This document shows positions 52,209 to 64,000 of a DNA stretch of 64,000 nucleotides, piece by piece; positions within the stretch are counted from its first letter, which is position 1; every line of letters starts with the position of its first letter. The notes beneath the pieces are model-generated. The model was not told the DNA's origin and ran no database searches. It saw only the letters and a program-made list of their open reading frames with translations. Made by a program: the position numbers and the translations under genes. Location: NCBI GenBank assembly GCA_034520625.1, contig JAXHNI010000004.1:55070-119069 (forward strand). The letters are read 5' to 3'. The stretch comes from Gammaproteobacteria bacterium. Lineage in GTDB: Bacteria > Pseudomonadota > Gammaproteobacteria > Arenicellales > JAANXG01.

Positions 52209-52982
52209 TTGACTGACCCAAGCCAAAGACGGTCGGATGCTGCGGCCGGTGCCACCCTGCTCGAGGTGGACACCGGCCGTTTTTTATGGGCGGTGTTTCT
52301 GGGCTGCCTGATCATCGAAGTTGCCCTGGTGTATCTCGACCTGACGGTCAACTGGTGGCGCTGGAGCGACAGCGGGGCGATACGGCGTCTTTTCAACACT
52401 ACCCGGGAAGACGGCTTGGCTTCCTGGTTCATGATCTCCCAGACGCTCATCGCCGCTCTCGTGGCCTGGATGATCTTCGCGGTGCTGGTTCATCAGAAAA
52501 CCACGGCCGGCCGCCGGATCGGCTGGTTTGTCGTCGCTGCCTTCTTCACCTACATGTGCGCCGACGACGGGGCGCTGATCCACGAGCGCGTCGGTACTGC
52601 ATTCAAGGACAGCACCGGTATCGGCAGCTTTCCGAGTTATGCCTGGCAGTACGTGCTGATGCCTTTCTTTGCCACGATGGGCGTATTCATTCTGTTGTTC
52701 CTCTGGAAGGAGATGCCGCGAACACGGGACCGGGTGAAAGTCGTCGCGGCGCTCGGATGCTTTGCGGCCGCCGTCGCCCTGGACTTCGTGGAGGGCCTGG
52801 ACGAAGGCTATCGCTTGTTGGTGGATGCCACGGGTTGGCGGCCCGCGACATTCCGCCATTTTTCCAAGTCCCTGGAGGAATTCCTGGAGATGCTGGTCAT
52901 GACCATTTTCCTGGTGACCTTCCTCGGCCATCTGGCGTCGGTGGCGCCCCGGCTGGAGGTACGCAGCGTCGGCGGAGACTAG
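52209..52982 (+). CDS. integral membrane protein, hypothetical (about 6 TM)
   Basis: TTG start in the track (uncertain). Hydrophobic spans FLWAVFLGCLIIEVALVYL, WFMISQTLIAALVAWMIFAVLV, WFVVAAFFTYMCA, YVLMPFFATMGVFILLFLW, VVAALGCFAAAVALDF, LEMLVMTIFLVTFLGHL. Confidence 0.6.
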   Translation: MTDPSQRRSDAAAGATLLEVDTGRFLWAVFLGCLIIEVALVYLDLTVNWWRWSDSGAIRRLFNTTREDGLASWFMISQTLIAALVAWMIFAVLVHQKTTAGRRIGWFVVAAFFTYMCADDGALIHERVGTAFKDSTGIGSFPSYAWQYVLMPFFATMGVFILLFLWKEMPRTRDRVKVVAALGCFAAAVALDFVEGLDEGYRLLVDATGWRPATFRHFSKSLEEFLEMLVMTIFLVTFLGHLASVAPRLEVRSVGGD

Positions 52983-53032
52983 TGCCGCAGGAGACTAGTG
53001 CCGCAGGAAAGTCGAAGGCCGAGTTTGCCAAG

Positions 53033-54064
53033 CTATTCGCCGGACGGGACATTCGCCCGCGGATCGAGCGGGAATCGCAGCAGGCCGCGCTTTTTGTAGT
53101 CAGCCACGGCATCGCGCAGGGTGTCTTCCAGCGGTCGCGGCGACCAGCAGAGTGTCCGGCGGGTTTCCCGGTTGTCGAAGGTAACCGGCACCCCGGCCAG
53201 CCTGATGCCGGAGAAGGGCGCCGCCGGGGGGCGATGGGTAATCCAGTCGGCGATCAGCTCGTTGACGGCCCCGGCTGCGTATGCGAGCGCATAGGGGACG
53301 CGCCGCTTTACCATCTCTCGGCCCGCCAGCTCGCCAAGCAGCGCCAGCATTCGGCCTATGCGTACGTCGTGGGCACCGAGGATGTATCGTTGTCCGGCCT
53401 CGCCGTGTTCGGCGGCCAGCCAGTGGCCCTCGGCGATGTCCCGGGCGTCGGCCAGGTTGAGGGTGCTGTCGAGGTAAGCCGGATAGGCGCCGTTCAGAAA
53501 GCCGAGCATCATCCGAGTCGGCGGCGTGATCCAATGGTCCCCGGGGCCGGCCGGAATCGTCGGATTGACAATGACCACCCGCCGGCCCTCGCCCGCGGCA
53601 TGCCGCGCTTCCTGCTCGGCGAGATATTTTCCGCGGCAATACGCCCCCGCCATCTCCGAAAGCCGGCATTCGGTGTGCTCGTTCACCGTCTGTGGCCGGC
53701 GTCCCCTGCCCATGGCGATCAATACGGATTCCGTGGAGGTATGCACAATCGTTTCGACGCCTGTCCGTCGGCCGGCGTCGAGGACGTTGCGTGTTCCGGT
53801 CCGGTTGACGGTGACGAAGGCTTTCTTGTCCGGTCCCCACAGCCCCGACAGCGCGGCGAGGTGGAAAATTCTGCGGCAACCTCCGGCGGCGCGCGCCACC
53901 GCTGCCGCATCGGCAATCGATTCCTGTTGATAGTCGACACCGGCAATGGGTTCGATGGGGGCCTTCAGGTCCAGCACCCGGACCGCTTCACCGCGCCGGC
54001 GAAGCAGCTCGACCAGATGCGTCCCGATGAAGCCGCAGCCGCCGGTAACGAGGTTCAATCCCAT
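53033..54064 (-). CDS. NAD-dependent epimerase/dehydratase (SDR; HpnA/dihydroflavonol-reductase-like)
   Basis: Rossmann motif LVTGGCGFIGTHLVELL. Catalytic YxxxK in AYCRGKYLAE. Confidence 0.85.
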   Translation of the reverse strand: MGLNLVTGGCGFIGTHLVELLRRRGEAVRVLDLKAPIEPIAGVDYQQESIADAAAVARAAGGCRRIFHLAALSGLWGPDKKAFVTVNRTGTRNVLDAGRRTGVETIVHTSTESVLIAMGRGRRPQTVNEHTECRLSEMAGAYCRGKYLAEQEARHAAGEGRRVVIVNPTIPAGPGDHWITPPTRMMLGFLNGAYPAYLDSTLNLADARDIAEGHWLAAEHGEAGQRYILGAHDVRIGRMLALLGELAGREMVKRRVPYALAYAAGAVNELIADWITHRPPAAPFSGIRLAGVPVTFDNRETRRTLCWSPRPLEDTLRDAVADYKKRGLLRFPLDPRANVPSGE

Positions 54065-54099
54065 GACATACCCATGACGGCGATTTTAGTCCAAACTGA

Positions 54100-55278
54100 A
54101 TGCCGTCCATTCACACTCGACAGCAACGCCCGACCCCGGATTCCATCGTGCCGCAGCACCCGCCGACACCCACCTGGAACCACCCGCTGTTCGGCGCGGA
54201 CCCGCTGACGCTGCTGGCCGCCCTGGCATGCAACAGGCCCTTCAGCGCGGGTGTCCGGCCCCTGGCCGGCGCGATGGTGGTCGCAGCGCTGCTGCGCGCC
54301 CCCGCGTCGCTGTGTGAGCACGCCTGGACCGTCGCCGGACTCCGGCGGCTGCCGCCGCCGCGGTCGCCGGTCTTCATTCTCGGCCACTGGCGCAGCGGCA
54401 CCACACACCTGTTCAATCTCCTGAGCCGGGACCCGGCCTTCGCCTGGCCCGATCCGTTTGCCGCGGGACTGCCCTGGGATTTCCGGATACTGGGGCGACT
54501 GGCCCGGCCGCTGATGAAGCGGGCCCTGCCGGAGAACCGGTACATCGACGACGTGGCCGTGGATCCCGACTCTCCCCAGGAGGATGAGATCGCTCTGGCG
54601 TCCATGCAGAATGTCTCCTATTACCACGCGGTCTATTTTCCAAGGCGCTTCGAGTCGTGGTACCGGCGGGGCGTATTCCTGGAAGGCGTCAGCGACCGGC
54701 ACCTCGCGCGCTGGCGCCGTCGATTCGAGTACTACCATGGCAAACTGCTGGCAGCCCGGCCCGGAGCGACGCTGCTGGTCAAGAATCCCGTTTATACGGG
54801 CCGGGTCGCGCTCATCCGGAGAATCTGGCCGGATGCCCGGTTCATTCACATCCATCGCAATCCCTACGTGGTGTTCGAGTCGACCCGGAAGTTCCATCGC
54901 GCACTGCTCCGGCGGTTTGCGCTGCAGGGCTTCGACGAGGACATTGCCGAGCAATTCATCGAGGTGACATATCCCAGGATGATCGAGAACCTGTACGCGG
55001 ACGTTGCGGACCTGGGCAGTGACCGCTTCGTCGAGCTGAGCTTCGATTCACTGGAAGACGAGCCGCTCGCTCAGCTGGAACGGATCTATACTTCACTGGG
55101 GCTTCCGGGCTTCCCGGAGATGTATCCGGAATTCCAGGCCTACCTGGATTCCGTCGCGCATTACAGGAAAAGCGGACATGTATTCACCAAAGAAACCATC
55201 GACAGGGTGGACCGGCACTGGGACGGGCTGGTGCGCCGGTGGTCCTACTCGCCGCCGAAGGACGGGCATCCGCGGTGA
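54100..55278 (+). CDS. sulfotransferase family protein
   Basis: 5'-PSB-like motif VFILGHWRSGTTHLFNLLSRDP and 3'-PB-like LLVKNPVYTGRVALIRRIWPDARFIHIHRNP. Confidence 0.8.
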   Translation: MPSIHTRQQRPTPDSIVPQHPPTPTWNHPLFGADPLTLLAALACNRPFSAGVRPLAGAMVVAALLRAPASLCEHAWTVAGLRRLPPPRSPVFILGHWRSGTTHLFNLLSRDPAFAWPDPFAAGLPWDFRILGRLARPLMKRALPENRYIDDVAVDPDSPQEDEIALASMQNVSYYHAVYFPRRFESWYRRGVFLEGVSDRHLARWRRRFEYYHGKLLAARPGATLLVKNPVYTGRVALIRRIWPDARFIHIHRNPYVVFESTRKFHRALLRRFALQGFDEDIAEQFIEVTYPRMIENLYADVADLGSDRFVELSFDSLEDEPLAQLERIYTSLGLPGFPEMYPEFQAYLDSVAHYRKSGHVFTKETIDRVDRHWDGLVRRWSYSPPKDGHPR

Positions 55279-56546
55279 TTGAAACCTTCAGGAACGTGGC
55301 CTCGCTCCTGCTGGGCTATGCGTTGATGATCATGGCCAATGCGTTGTTCAACACCCTGTTGGGCATCCGCATGGAGTTGGAGCAGTTCGGTGCCACGGTA
55401 ACCGGCACGGTCATGAGTGCCTATTTCGTCGGCCTGCTGATCGGCGCCCGCTCGGTGTCGCGCGTCATCACGCGGGTCGGGCATATCCGCTGCTTTGGCC
55501 TGTTCGCGTCCATCATCTCCATTACCGCTCTGGTCCACATCCTGTGGGTGGACCCCGTGGTATGGGGCACCATGCGCATCATGTCGGGTTTCTGCATGGC
55601 CGGCATGATCACCATTACGGAAAGCTGGTTGAACGCGCGTACCGACAACAAGCACCGGGGCCAGGTGCTTTCCTGGTACATGATCACCAATTACGCGGCC
55701 GCGGGTCTGGGCCAGTTTCTGCTGCCGCTGGCGGACCCGGGCGAGTTCGTCCTGTTCTGCCTGATATCGATCCTGTTCTCCGCGGCGTTGATCCCGGTCA
55801 TGGTGACCCGCGCCAGTGCCCCCCGGCCCTCGCCCCCGGCCCGGGTATCCATCAAGTATCTCTACCATCTGGCACCGCTGGCCTGCATCGGGGCCGTCGG
55901 CTCCGGCATGATGAACGCCAGTTTCTACAGCCTGGCGCCGGTGTTTACCCAGCGAATCGGCCTGTCCCTGAACCAGACGTCGCTGTTCATGGCGATTACC
56001 GTGATGAGCGGGATGCTGCTGCAGTGGCCCCTGGGACGGCTTTCGGACCGGATCGGACGGGGCAATATTCTGGGAAGCGTCACCATCGTCACCGGGCTGG
56101 CCTGCTTCGGCATCGCCGTATTCGGCGCCCAGGCGGGACCCTGGTTGTTCCCGTTGGCCGCGGTCTACGGCGGTACCGTGTTCACGGTCTATTCCATATC
56201 CTCGGCGCAGGCCAATGATCTGACCGAGCCGGACAATCTGGTACTGACGGCCGGGGCGCTGCTGATCGCTTTCGGCATCGGCGCCATCATCGGTCCGATG
56301 ATCGGCGGCGTGGTCATGCGAACCATCAGCCCCGGTGCGCTGTTCGGCGTGAACGGGGTCATTGCCTTCCTGATCGCCCTGTACGCGTTCCGGAGGTCGG
56401 CGGCGGTCCGGCGGGCCCGGGCACTCGGGGTTTTCCTGCCCAGCCCCGGCAGCCAGTTCACGTCCGGCCTGCTGCACCGCCGGGTGCGGGACCAGATCGA
56501 CCGCGACCTGCGGCGCTACGGCCAGTACTCCGGGCGGCGCTTCTGA
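55275..56546 (+). CDS. MFS transporter
   Basis: GTGA start/stop overlap with the sulfotransferase gene (the track's start is 55239). 12 hydrophobic spans, with an MFS loop motif GRLSDRIGRGNIL. Confidence 0.8.
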   Translation: MIETFRNVASLLLGYALMIMANALFNTLLGIRMELEQFGATVTGTVMSAYFVGLLIGARSVSRVITRVGHIRCFGLFASIISITALVHILWVDPVVWGTMRIMSGFCMAGMITITESWLNARTDNKHRGQVLSWYMITNYAAAGLGQFLLPLADPGEFVLFCLISILFSAALIPVMVTRASAPRPSPPARVSIKYLYHLAPLACIGAVGSGMMNASFYSLAPVFTQRIGLSLNQTSLFMAITVMSGMLLQWPLGRLSDRIGRGNILGSVTIVTGLACFGIAVFGAQAGPWLFPLAAVYGGTVFTVYSISSAQANDLTEPDNLVLTAGALLIAFGIGAIIGPMIGGVVMRTISPGALFGVNGVIAFLIALYAFRRSAAVRRARALGVFLPSPGSQFTSGLLHRRVRDQIDRDLRRYGQYSGRRF

Positions 56547-56669
56547 AGCGTCGTCCCCGTCGGATCACCGGTGCCCGCCGTGGATGACGCAACGCAGCCC
56601 GCCACTGATATCGCAACATTCACCGAGCCGCGTCCATTGGTCCGGGCTGAAGGCCTGCATGATCGGGGA

Positions 56670-56779
56670 GGCCAGAGTCGGGGGCCATCACCCAGGGCTG
56701 TCGAAAACAGGGATGTTTGAGCCAGAGCGTACATGGATGTATTCACAGCGGTCCTGGGAGATGGCCCCCGACTCTGGCC
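56670..56779. repeat. 110-bp family-3 element (second copy, inverted orientation, different arms)
   Basis: Arms are GGCCAGAGTCGGGGGCCATC and GATGGCCCCCGACTCTGGCC, 20 bp and perfect. The core is the reverse complement of the 16035-16100 core with a handful of substitutions. Confidence 0.8.
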
Positions 56780-56881
56780 CCACACCATGGCGCCGGCTCA
56801 CAAACCGGGCCGCGGTATGCGCGAACGCTCCGGCTCCCGACGGCTCGCAAACTCCTGGAACGTCACGAAATCAGTGGAGGG

Positions 56882-57427
56882 CTACGCCGGCGTGTCCCGG
56901 GTCTGGTCGTATCGCCTGACGGACTCCATGATTTCCTGCTTGGCCTGTTCCGGGCCGACCCAGCCGAGAATTTTTACCCATTTTCCCGGCTCGAGATCCT
57001 TGTAGTGGTCGAAGAAATGGGAAATACGCTCGAGCAGCTCCTTGGGTATGTCCCGGAAGGTGTGCACGTCATCGTACAGCGGAGTCAGCTTGTCTACCGG
57101 CACCGCCAGGATCTTGGCATCAATGCCGGATTCGTCCTCCATTTTCAGCATGCCGACGGGCCGGCACCGCACGATGGAGCCCGGGATGAGGCGGAACGGG
57201 GTCACGGCAAGGACGTCCACGGGATCGCCGTCCTCGGAGAGGGTCTGTGGTATATAGCCGTAGTTGGTGGGGTAATACATGGCCGTCGCCATGAACCGGT
57301 CGACGAACATGGTGCCGGTGTCCTTGTCAACCTCGTATTTGACGGGATCGCCGTGGCGGGGGATCTCCACGACAACATTGACGTCCTCGGGAACGGCGTG
57401 TCCCGGCGCTACCAGTCCCAGGCTCAT
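56882..57427 (-). CDS. ppa: soluble inorganic pyrophosphatase (family I)
   Basis: 181 aa. [21 protein letters not shown]..., [22 protein letters not shown], ...[10 protein letters not shown]... Confidence 0.95.
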   Translation of the reverse strand: MSLGLVAPGHAVPEDVNVVVEIPRHGDPVKYEVDKDTGTMFVDRFMATAMYYPTNYGYIPQTLSEDGDPVDVLAVTPFRLIPGSIVRCRPVGMLKMEDESGIDAKILAVPVDKLTPLYDDVHTFRDIPKELLERISHFFDHYKDLEPGKWVKILGWVGPEQAKQEIMESVRRYDQTRDTPA

Positions 57428-57667
57428 GGCTCAGGCTCGCGATTTGTAGAAGCGGAGCCCGCATTATAGGACTGAAATGTTGCAATGCACAACCATCCGG
57501 GCTATACAATACCGCGCTTTCGCCCGGTGGACGAAAAAGGCTGGGAACCCGGCCCGCGGTTCTATAACATGTCGCGCCGGTCCTGTCGGGGCCGATTCTG
57601 ACCGGTTCAGAGTGTCCCCGGACGATTCTAAATATCAACGAACCGACATTACTGATAAGGGGAGATT

Positions 57668-59680
<2,013 letters not shown>

Positions 59681-59706
59681 ACGTCCCTGATCACGGAGGA
59701 CCTGGA

Positions 59707-59736
59707 AAAGCCCCGCGGCAACGCGGGGCTTTTTTC
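59707..59736 (+). terminator. rho-independent terminator after hppA
   Basis: AAAAGCCCCGCG-GCAA-CGCGGGGCTTTT followed by TTCT. Confidence 0.8.
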
Positions 59737-59740
59737 TGGG

Positions 59741-59794
59741 GTGGGTCAGGCTTTGCGCCTGACATGTCAGCCTTAAAGGCTGAGCCACAATGGC
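59741..59794. repeat. family-6 double-hairpin REP-like element (second copy)
   Basis: GTGGGTCAGGCTTTGCGCCTGACATGTCAGCCTTAAAGGCTGAGCCACAATGGC. Confidence 0.8.
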
Positions 59795-59825
59795 TTCGTT
59801 TTGTCCTATCAAGGCTGGGTCATCA

Positions 59826-61184
59826 ATGACGAGTCCGCACACCGAGGCCGCAGCCCGGCGGGACGACTGGACGCGGCGACCGCACCGCAAAATCTGGGCG
59901 CTGGCCCTGCCCATCATGCTGGCCAACGTCTCCATTCCCCTGGTGGGCGCGGTGGATACGGCCGTCATGGGTCACCTGCCCAGCGAGGTATATATCGGCG
60001 CGGTGGCCATCGGCGCCGTGATCTTCAGCTTTCTTTACTGGGGGTTCGGCTTCCTGCGCATGGGCACCACCGGCTTCGTGTCCCAGGCCTTCGGCGCCCG
60101 GGACCACGACGAGATGGCCAATGCCTTCTGCCGTGCCGTGGCGGTCGGGGTGGCCACCGGCTTGCTGTTGATCCTCCTGCATTGGCCCATCGGTCGGCTG
60201 GCGTTGTGGCTGTTCGAGGCCGAGGCGGAAACGGAAAGCCTGGCCTGGCTGTACTTCTCGATCCGGATTTGGAGTGCTCCCGCCGCTCTGGTGCAATACG
60301 CGGCGCTTGGTTTCCTGATCGGCGTTCAGCGGACGCCTGCGGTGCTTGGGCTGCAGCTGCTCCTGAACGGAACCAATATCACCCTGGATCTTGTGTTCGT
60401 CCTGGGCATGGGTTGGGGAGTCGAGGGTGTGGCGACTGCGAGCCTGATCGGCGAGTACACCGCCGCCATTGCCGGTGTGCTGCTGGTACGCGGAACCCTG
60501 CGCCGCCTCGGGGGCCGGGTTGAAACGACCCGTCTGCTCGACCCGTCGGCCTTCAAGGCTTTGGTCAGCGTGAATTTCAATATTTTTGTACGCACGCTGT
60601 GCCTGGTGTTCGCGTTCGCGTATTTCACAGCCCAGGGTGCCTCGTTCGGTACGACCACCCTGGCAGCCAATGCGGTTCTGATGCAGATGATCGCTTTCAT
60701 TGCCTATGGCCTGGACGGCTTCGCCCACGCCGTGGAAACCCTGGGCGGCAGCGCCTACGGCGCCCGGGATTTGCGAACGTTCCGGGTGGTGGTCAGGACC
60801 TCCACGCTATGGGCGGCGTTCATGGCGTTCCTGAATGTCGCGGTGTTCTACCTTGTGGGCGGGATCTTTATCGGCTGGATGACGTCCCTGGATGCGGTTC
60901 GCGAAGAGGCGCTGCAGTACCTGCCCTGGGTGGCGCTGTCGCCGCTGCTGTCGGTATGGAGCTTCCAGCTCGACGGTATCTATATCGGTACGACATTCAG
61001 CCGCGAGATGCGCAACGGTATGCTGGTATCACTGGCGGGCTATCTCGCGGCGGTTTCGCTGCTCACCCCCTGGTGGGGCAACCACGGCCTGTGGTGCGCC
61101 CTGCTGCTGTTCTTCGTCCTGCGGGCGTTGACCCTGTACGCCTGGTACCCGCGGATCGAGGCGCGGATGGCGGAAATGGGTTAG
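59826..61184 (+). CDS. MATE family efflux transporter (DinF-like)
   Basis: ORF 59790-61184, trimmed to MTSPHTEAA... IWALALPIMLANVSIPLVGAVDTAVMGHL. 12 TM. Second-half repeat LLVRGTLRRL...FVRTLCLVFAFAYFTAQGA. Confidence 0.8.
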   Translation: MTSPHTEAAARRDDWTRRPHRKIWALALPIMLANVSIPLVGAVDTAVMGHLPSEVYIGAVAIGAVIFSFLYWGFGFLRMGTTGFVSQAFGARDHDEMANAFCRAVAVGVATGLLLILLHWPIGRLALWLFEAEAETESLAWLYFSIRIWSAPAALVQYAALGFLIGVQRTPAVLGLQLLLNGTNITLDLVFVLGMGWGVEGVATASLIGEYTAAIAGVLLVRGTLRRLGGRVETTRLLDPSAFKALVSVNFNIFVRTLCLVFAFAYFTAQGASFGTTTLAANAVLMQMIAFIAYGLDGFAHAVETLGGSAYGARDLRTFRVVVRTSTLWAAFMAFLNVAVFYLVGGIFIGWMTSLDAVREEALQYLPWVALSPLLSVWSFQLDGIYIGTTFSREMRNGMLVSLAGYLAAVSLLTPWWGNHGLWCALLLFFVLRALTLYAWYPRIEARMAEMG

Positions 61185-61194
61185 GGGTCGGGGG

Positions 61195-62469
61195 TTAGAC
61201 CTCGAATGGCTTCAGCTTTTTCTTGACCTGGACGTTTTTCGGCCGGACATAATCCGGGAGGCCGTTTTTGTAAGGCGGGTAGTCCTCGCCCTTGATCAGG
61301 GGCGCAAGGTAGGTACGGCACTTGCCGGTGATGCCGAAACCGTCCCGGCTGATGAAGCTCTTTGGCATTTTCTTCTCTACGTTGGCTACCCTGGACAGCG
61401 GCGCCATCTCGATGCGCCACTCGTAGGGCTGATCGGACAGCCTCTTGACGGCGGGCATGACCGCGTTCTCCCCGGCCAGCGCCATCTTCACGGCGGCCTT
61501 GCCCACTGCGTAGGCGTGCCGGACGTCCGTCCTGGACGCCACGTGGCGCGCCGCGCGCTGCAGGTAGTCGGCCACGGCCCAGTGATACTTGTAACCGAGG
61601 TCCTGCTTGACCATGTCGGCGATCACCGGCGCCACGCCGCCCAACTGGGCATGACCGAAGGCGTCGGTCAGTCCCTGGTCGGAGAGGAATCGGCCCTGGT
61701 CGTCCTGGGCCCCCTCTGACACGACGACCGAAACGTAGCCGTACTTCTTCACTTTCCGCTCGATGGCCTTGATGAACGCCGCACGGTCGAAGGGCACTTC
61801 CGGAAACAGGATGACGATGGGGATGTCGTGGTCCTGGTCGGCCGCCATGCCGCCCGCGGCGGCGATCCACCCGGCATGCCGGCCCATCACTTCCAGTATG
61901 AATACCTTCGTGGACGTCCTGGCCATGGAGGCGACATCGAAGCTCGCCTCGCGGGTGGATACCGCCACGTACTTGGCCACGGAGCCGAAACCCGGGCAGT
62001 TGTCCGTGATGGGCAGGTCGTTGTCGACGGTTTTCGGCACGTGGATTGCCTGGATCGGGAAGCCCATGGTCTCGGAAAGCTGGGAAACCTTCAGGCAGGT
62101 GTCCGCCGAGTCGCCGCCGCCGTTGTAGAAGAAGTAGCCGATATCGTGGGCCTCGAACACTTCCATCAGCCGTTCGTACTCGCGGCGGTTTTCCTCCAGG
62201 CCCTTGAGCTTGTAGCGGCAGGAGCCGAAAGCCCCGCTCGGAGTATGGCGCAGTCCTTCGATGGTCTTCCCGCTTTCCTTGCCGGTGTCGATCAGCTCCT
62301 CCGTCAGGGCGCCGATGATGCCGTTGTTGCCCGCGTACACTCGGCCGATCTTCTTCGGGTGCTTGCGGGCGGTCTCGATCACGCCGGCGGCGCTGGCGTT
62401 GATCACGGCGGTGACGCCGCCGGACTGGGCGTAAAATGCGTTCCTTGGTCTGGGCTTGGACTTGGCCAT
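61195..62469 (-). CDS. pfp: pyrophosphate-dependent 6-phosphofructokinase
   Basis: ORF trimmed to MAKSKPRPRNAFYAQSGGVTAVINAS... (424 aa). PFK fold with NGGGDS (Asp where ATP-PFKs have Gly) and PKTVDNDL (Lys where ATP-PFKs have Gly). I recall this pair as the PPi-specific signature. Confidence 0.85.
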   Translation of the reverse strand: MAKSKPRPRNAFYAQSGGVTAVINASAAGVIETARKHPKKIGRVYAGNNGIIGALTEELIDTGKESGKTIEGLRHTPSGAFGSCRYKLKGLEENRREYERLMEVFEAHDIGYFFYNGGGDSADTCLKVSQLSETMGFPIQAIHVPKTVDNDLPITDNCPGFGSVAKYVAVSTREASFDVASMARTSTKVFILEVMGRHAGWIAAAGGMAADQDHDIPIVILFPEVPFDRAAFIKAIERKVKKYGYVSVVVSEGAQDDQGRFLSDQGLTDAFGHAQLGGVAPVIADMVKQDLGYKYHWAVADYLQRAARHVASRTDVRHAYAVGKAAVKMALAGENAVMPAVKRLSDQPYEWRIEMAPLSRVANVEKKMPKSFISRDGFGITGKCRTYLAPLIKGEDYPPYKNGLPDYVRPKNVQVKKKLKPFEV

Positions 62470-62639
62470 GGCACTGCGATCCTGAAGGCTTGTACCTGGT
62501 TGATTGGGATGTGTCGGTCGGGATTCTATCCCGACATCGTCCGAATGTCGGCACCAATGCCGGCTTCTGGCGCCGGCGATTTTCCCATATTGGGCGGTGC
62601 GCGCAAGCGACGGCCCTTGGAGCGCGCTTGCGGACATGA

Positions 62640-64000
<1,361 letters not shown>

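Noticed and set aside
52286-54208. 640-aa plus-strand ORF spanning the membrane-protein gene and the antisense of the epimerase gene.
   Set aside because: It is Arg/Gly/Pro-rich with no motifs. It overlaps two ORFs with much better protein-like features (TM helices; a Rossmann GGCGFIG plus YxxxK).

Overview
This is a GC-rich proteobacterial chromosome segment. Gene content and repeat families look gammaproteobacterial, but the taxon cannot be fixed without a database search. I can support about 60 protein-coding genes. I found no rRNA, tRNA, CRISPR array, transposase or integrase.

Gene content from left to right:
- The tail of a sigma-54 activator.
- A Liv-type ABC importer whose LivF ATPase is fused in-frame to a UPF0261/Tm-1-like domain, followed by a PEP-hydrolase-like TIM-barrel partner. 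A second divergent paralog lies at the left edge.
- A long flotillin.
- A ring-cleavage-type catabolic block: SRPBCC, an SRPBCC-quinone oxidoreductase fusion, FAH, an enol-lactonase-like hydrolase, an amidohydrolase, AraC and a CMD-family protein.
- DUF3179, an ArsS-like radical SAM protein and a truncated sensor kinase.
- Cytochrome c, DUF302 and YeeE.
- Two ECF sigma modules. One has a soluble ZAS anti-sigma; the other has a membrane anti-sigma carrying a DsrE-like domain.
- A DcaP-like porin, a TPR-sulfotransferase and an SSF transporter.
- The most unusual locus: two secreted proteins built from perfect Cys-Asn-Pro triplet repeats. One carries a c-type heme domain and the other is a pure (CNP)24 tract. 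A His-rich orphan gene follows.
- The complete hutU-hutG-hutH-hutI / hutF histidine pathway, then ettA.
- An island of three paralogous lipoproteins with low-complexity tails around an HTH-like protein. All three lipoprotein genes are preceded by the same GTGGGA-N5-TCCCAC palindrome.
- An HpnA-like epimerase, a sulfotransferase and an MFS transporter.
- A pyrophosphate-economy cluster (ppa, hppA, pfp), then hemB.

The intergenic DNA holds at least five families of palindromic REP/MITE-like repeats, and some of them supply stop codons to genes.

Limits: family assignments come from motif recognition by eye, not from searches. Coordinates of non-ORF features were counted by hand and may be off by 1-2 nt.
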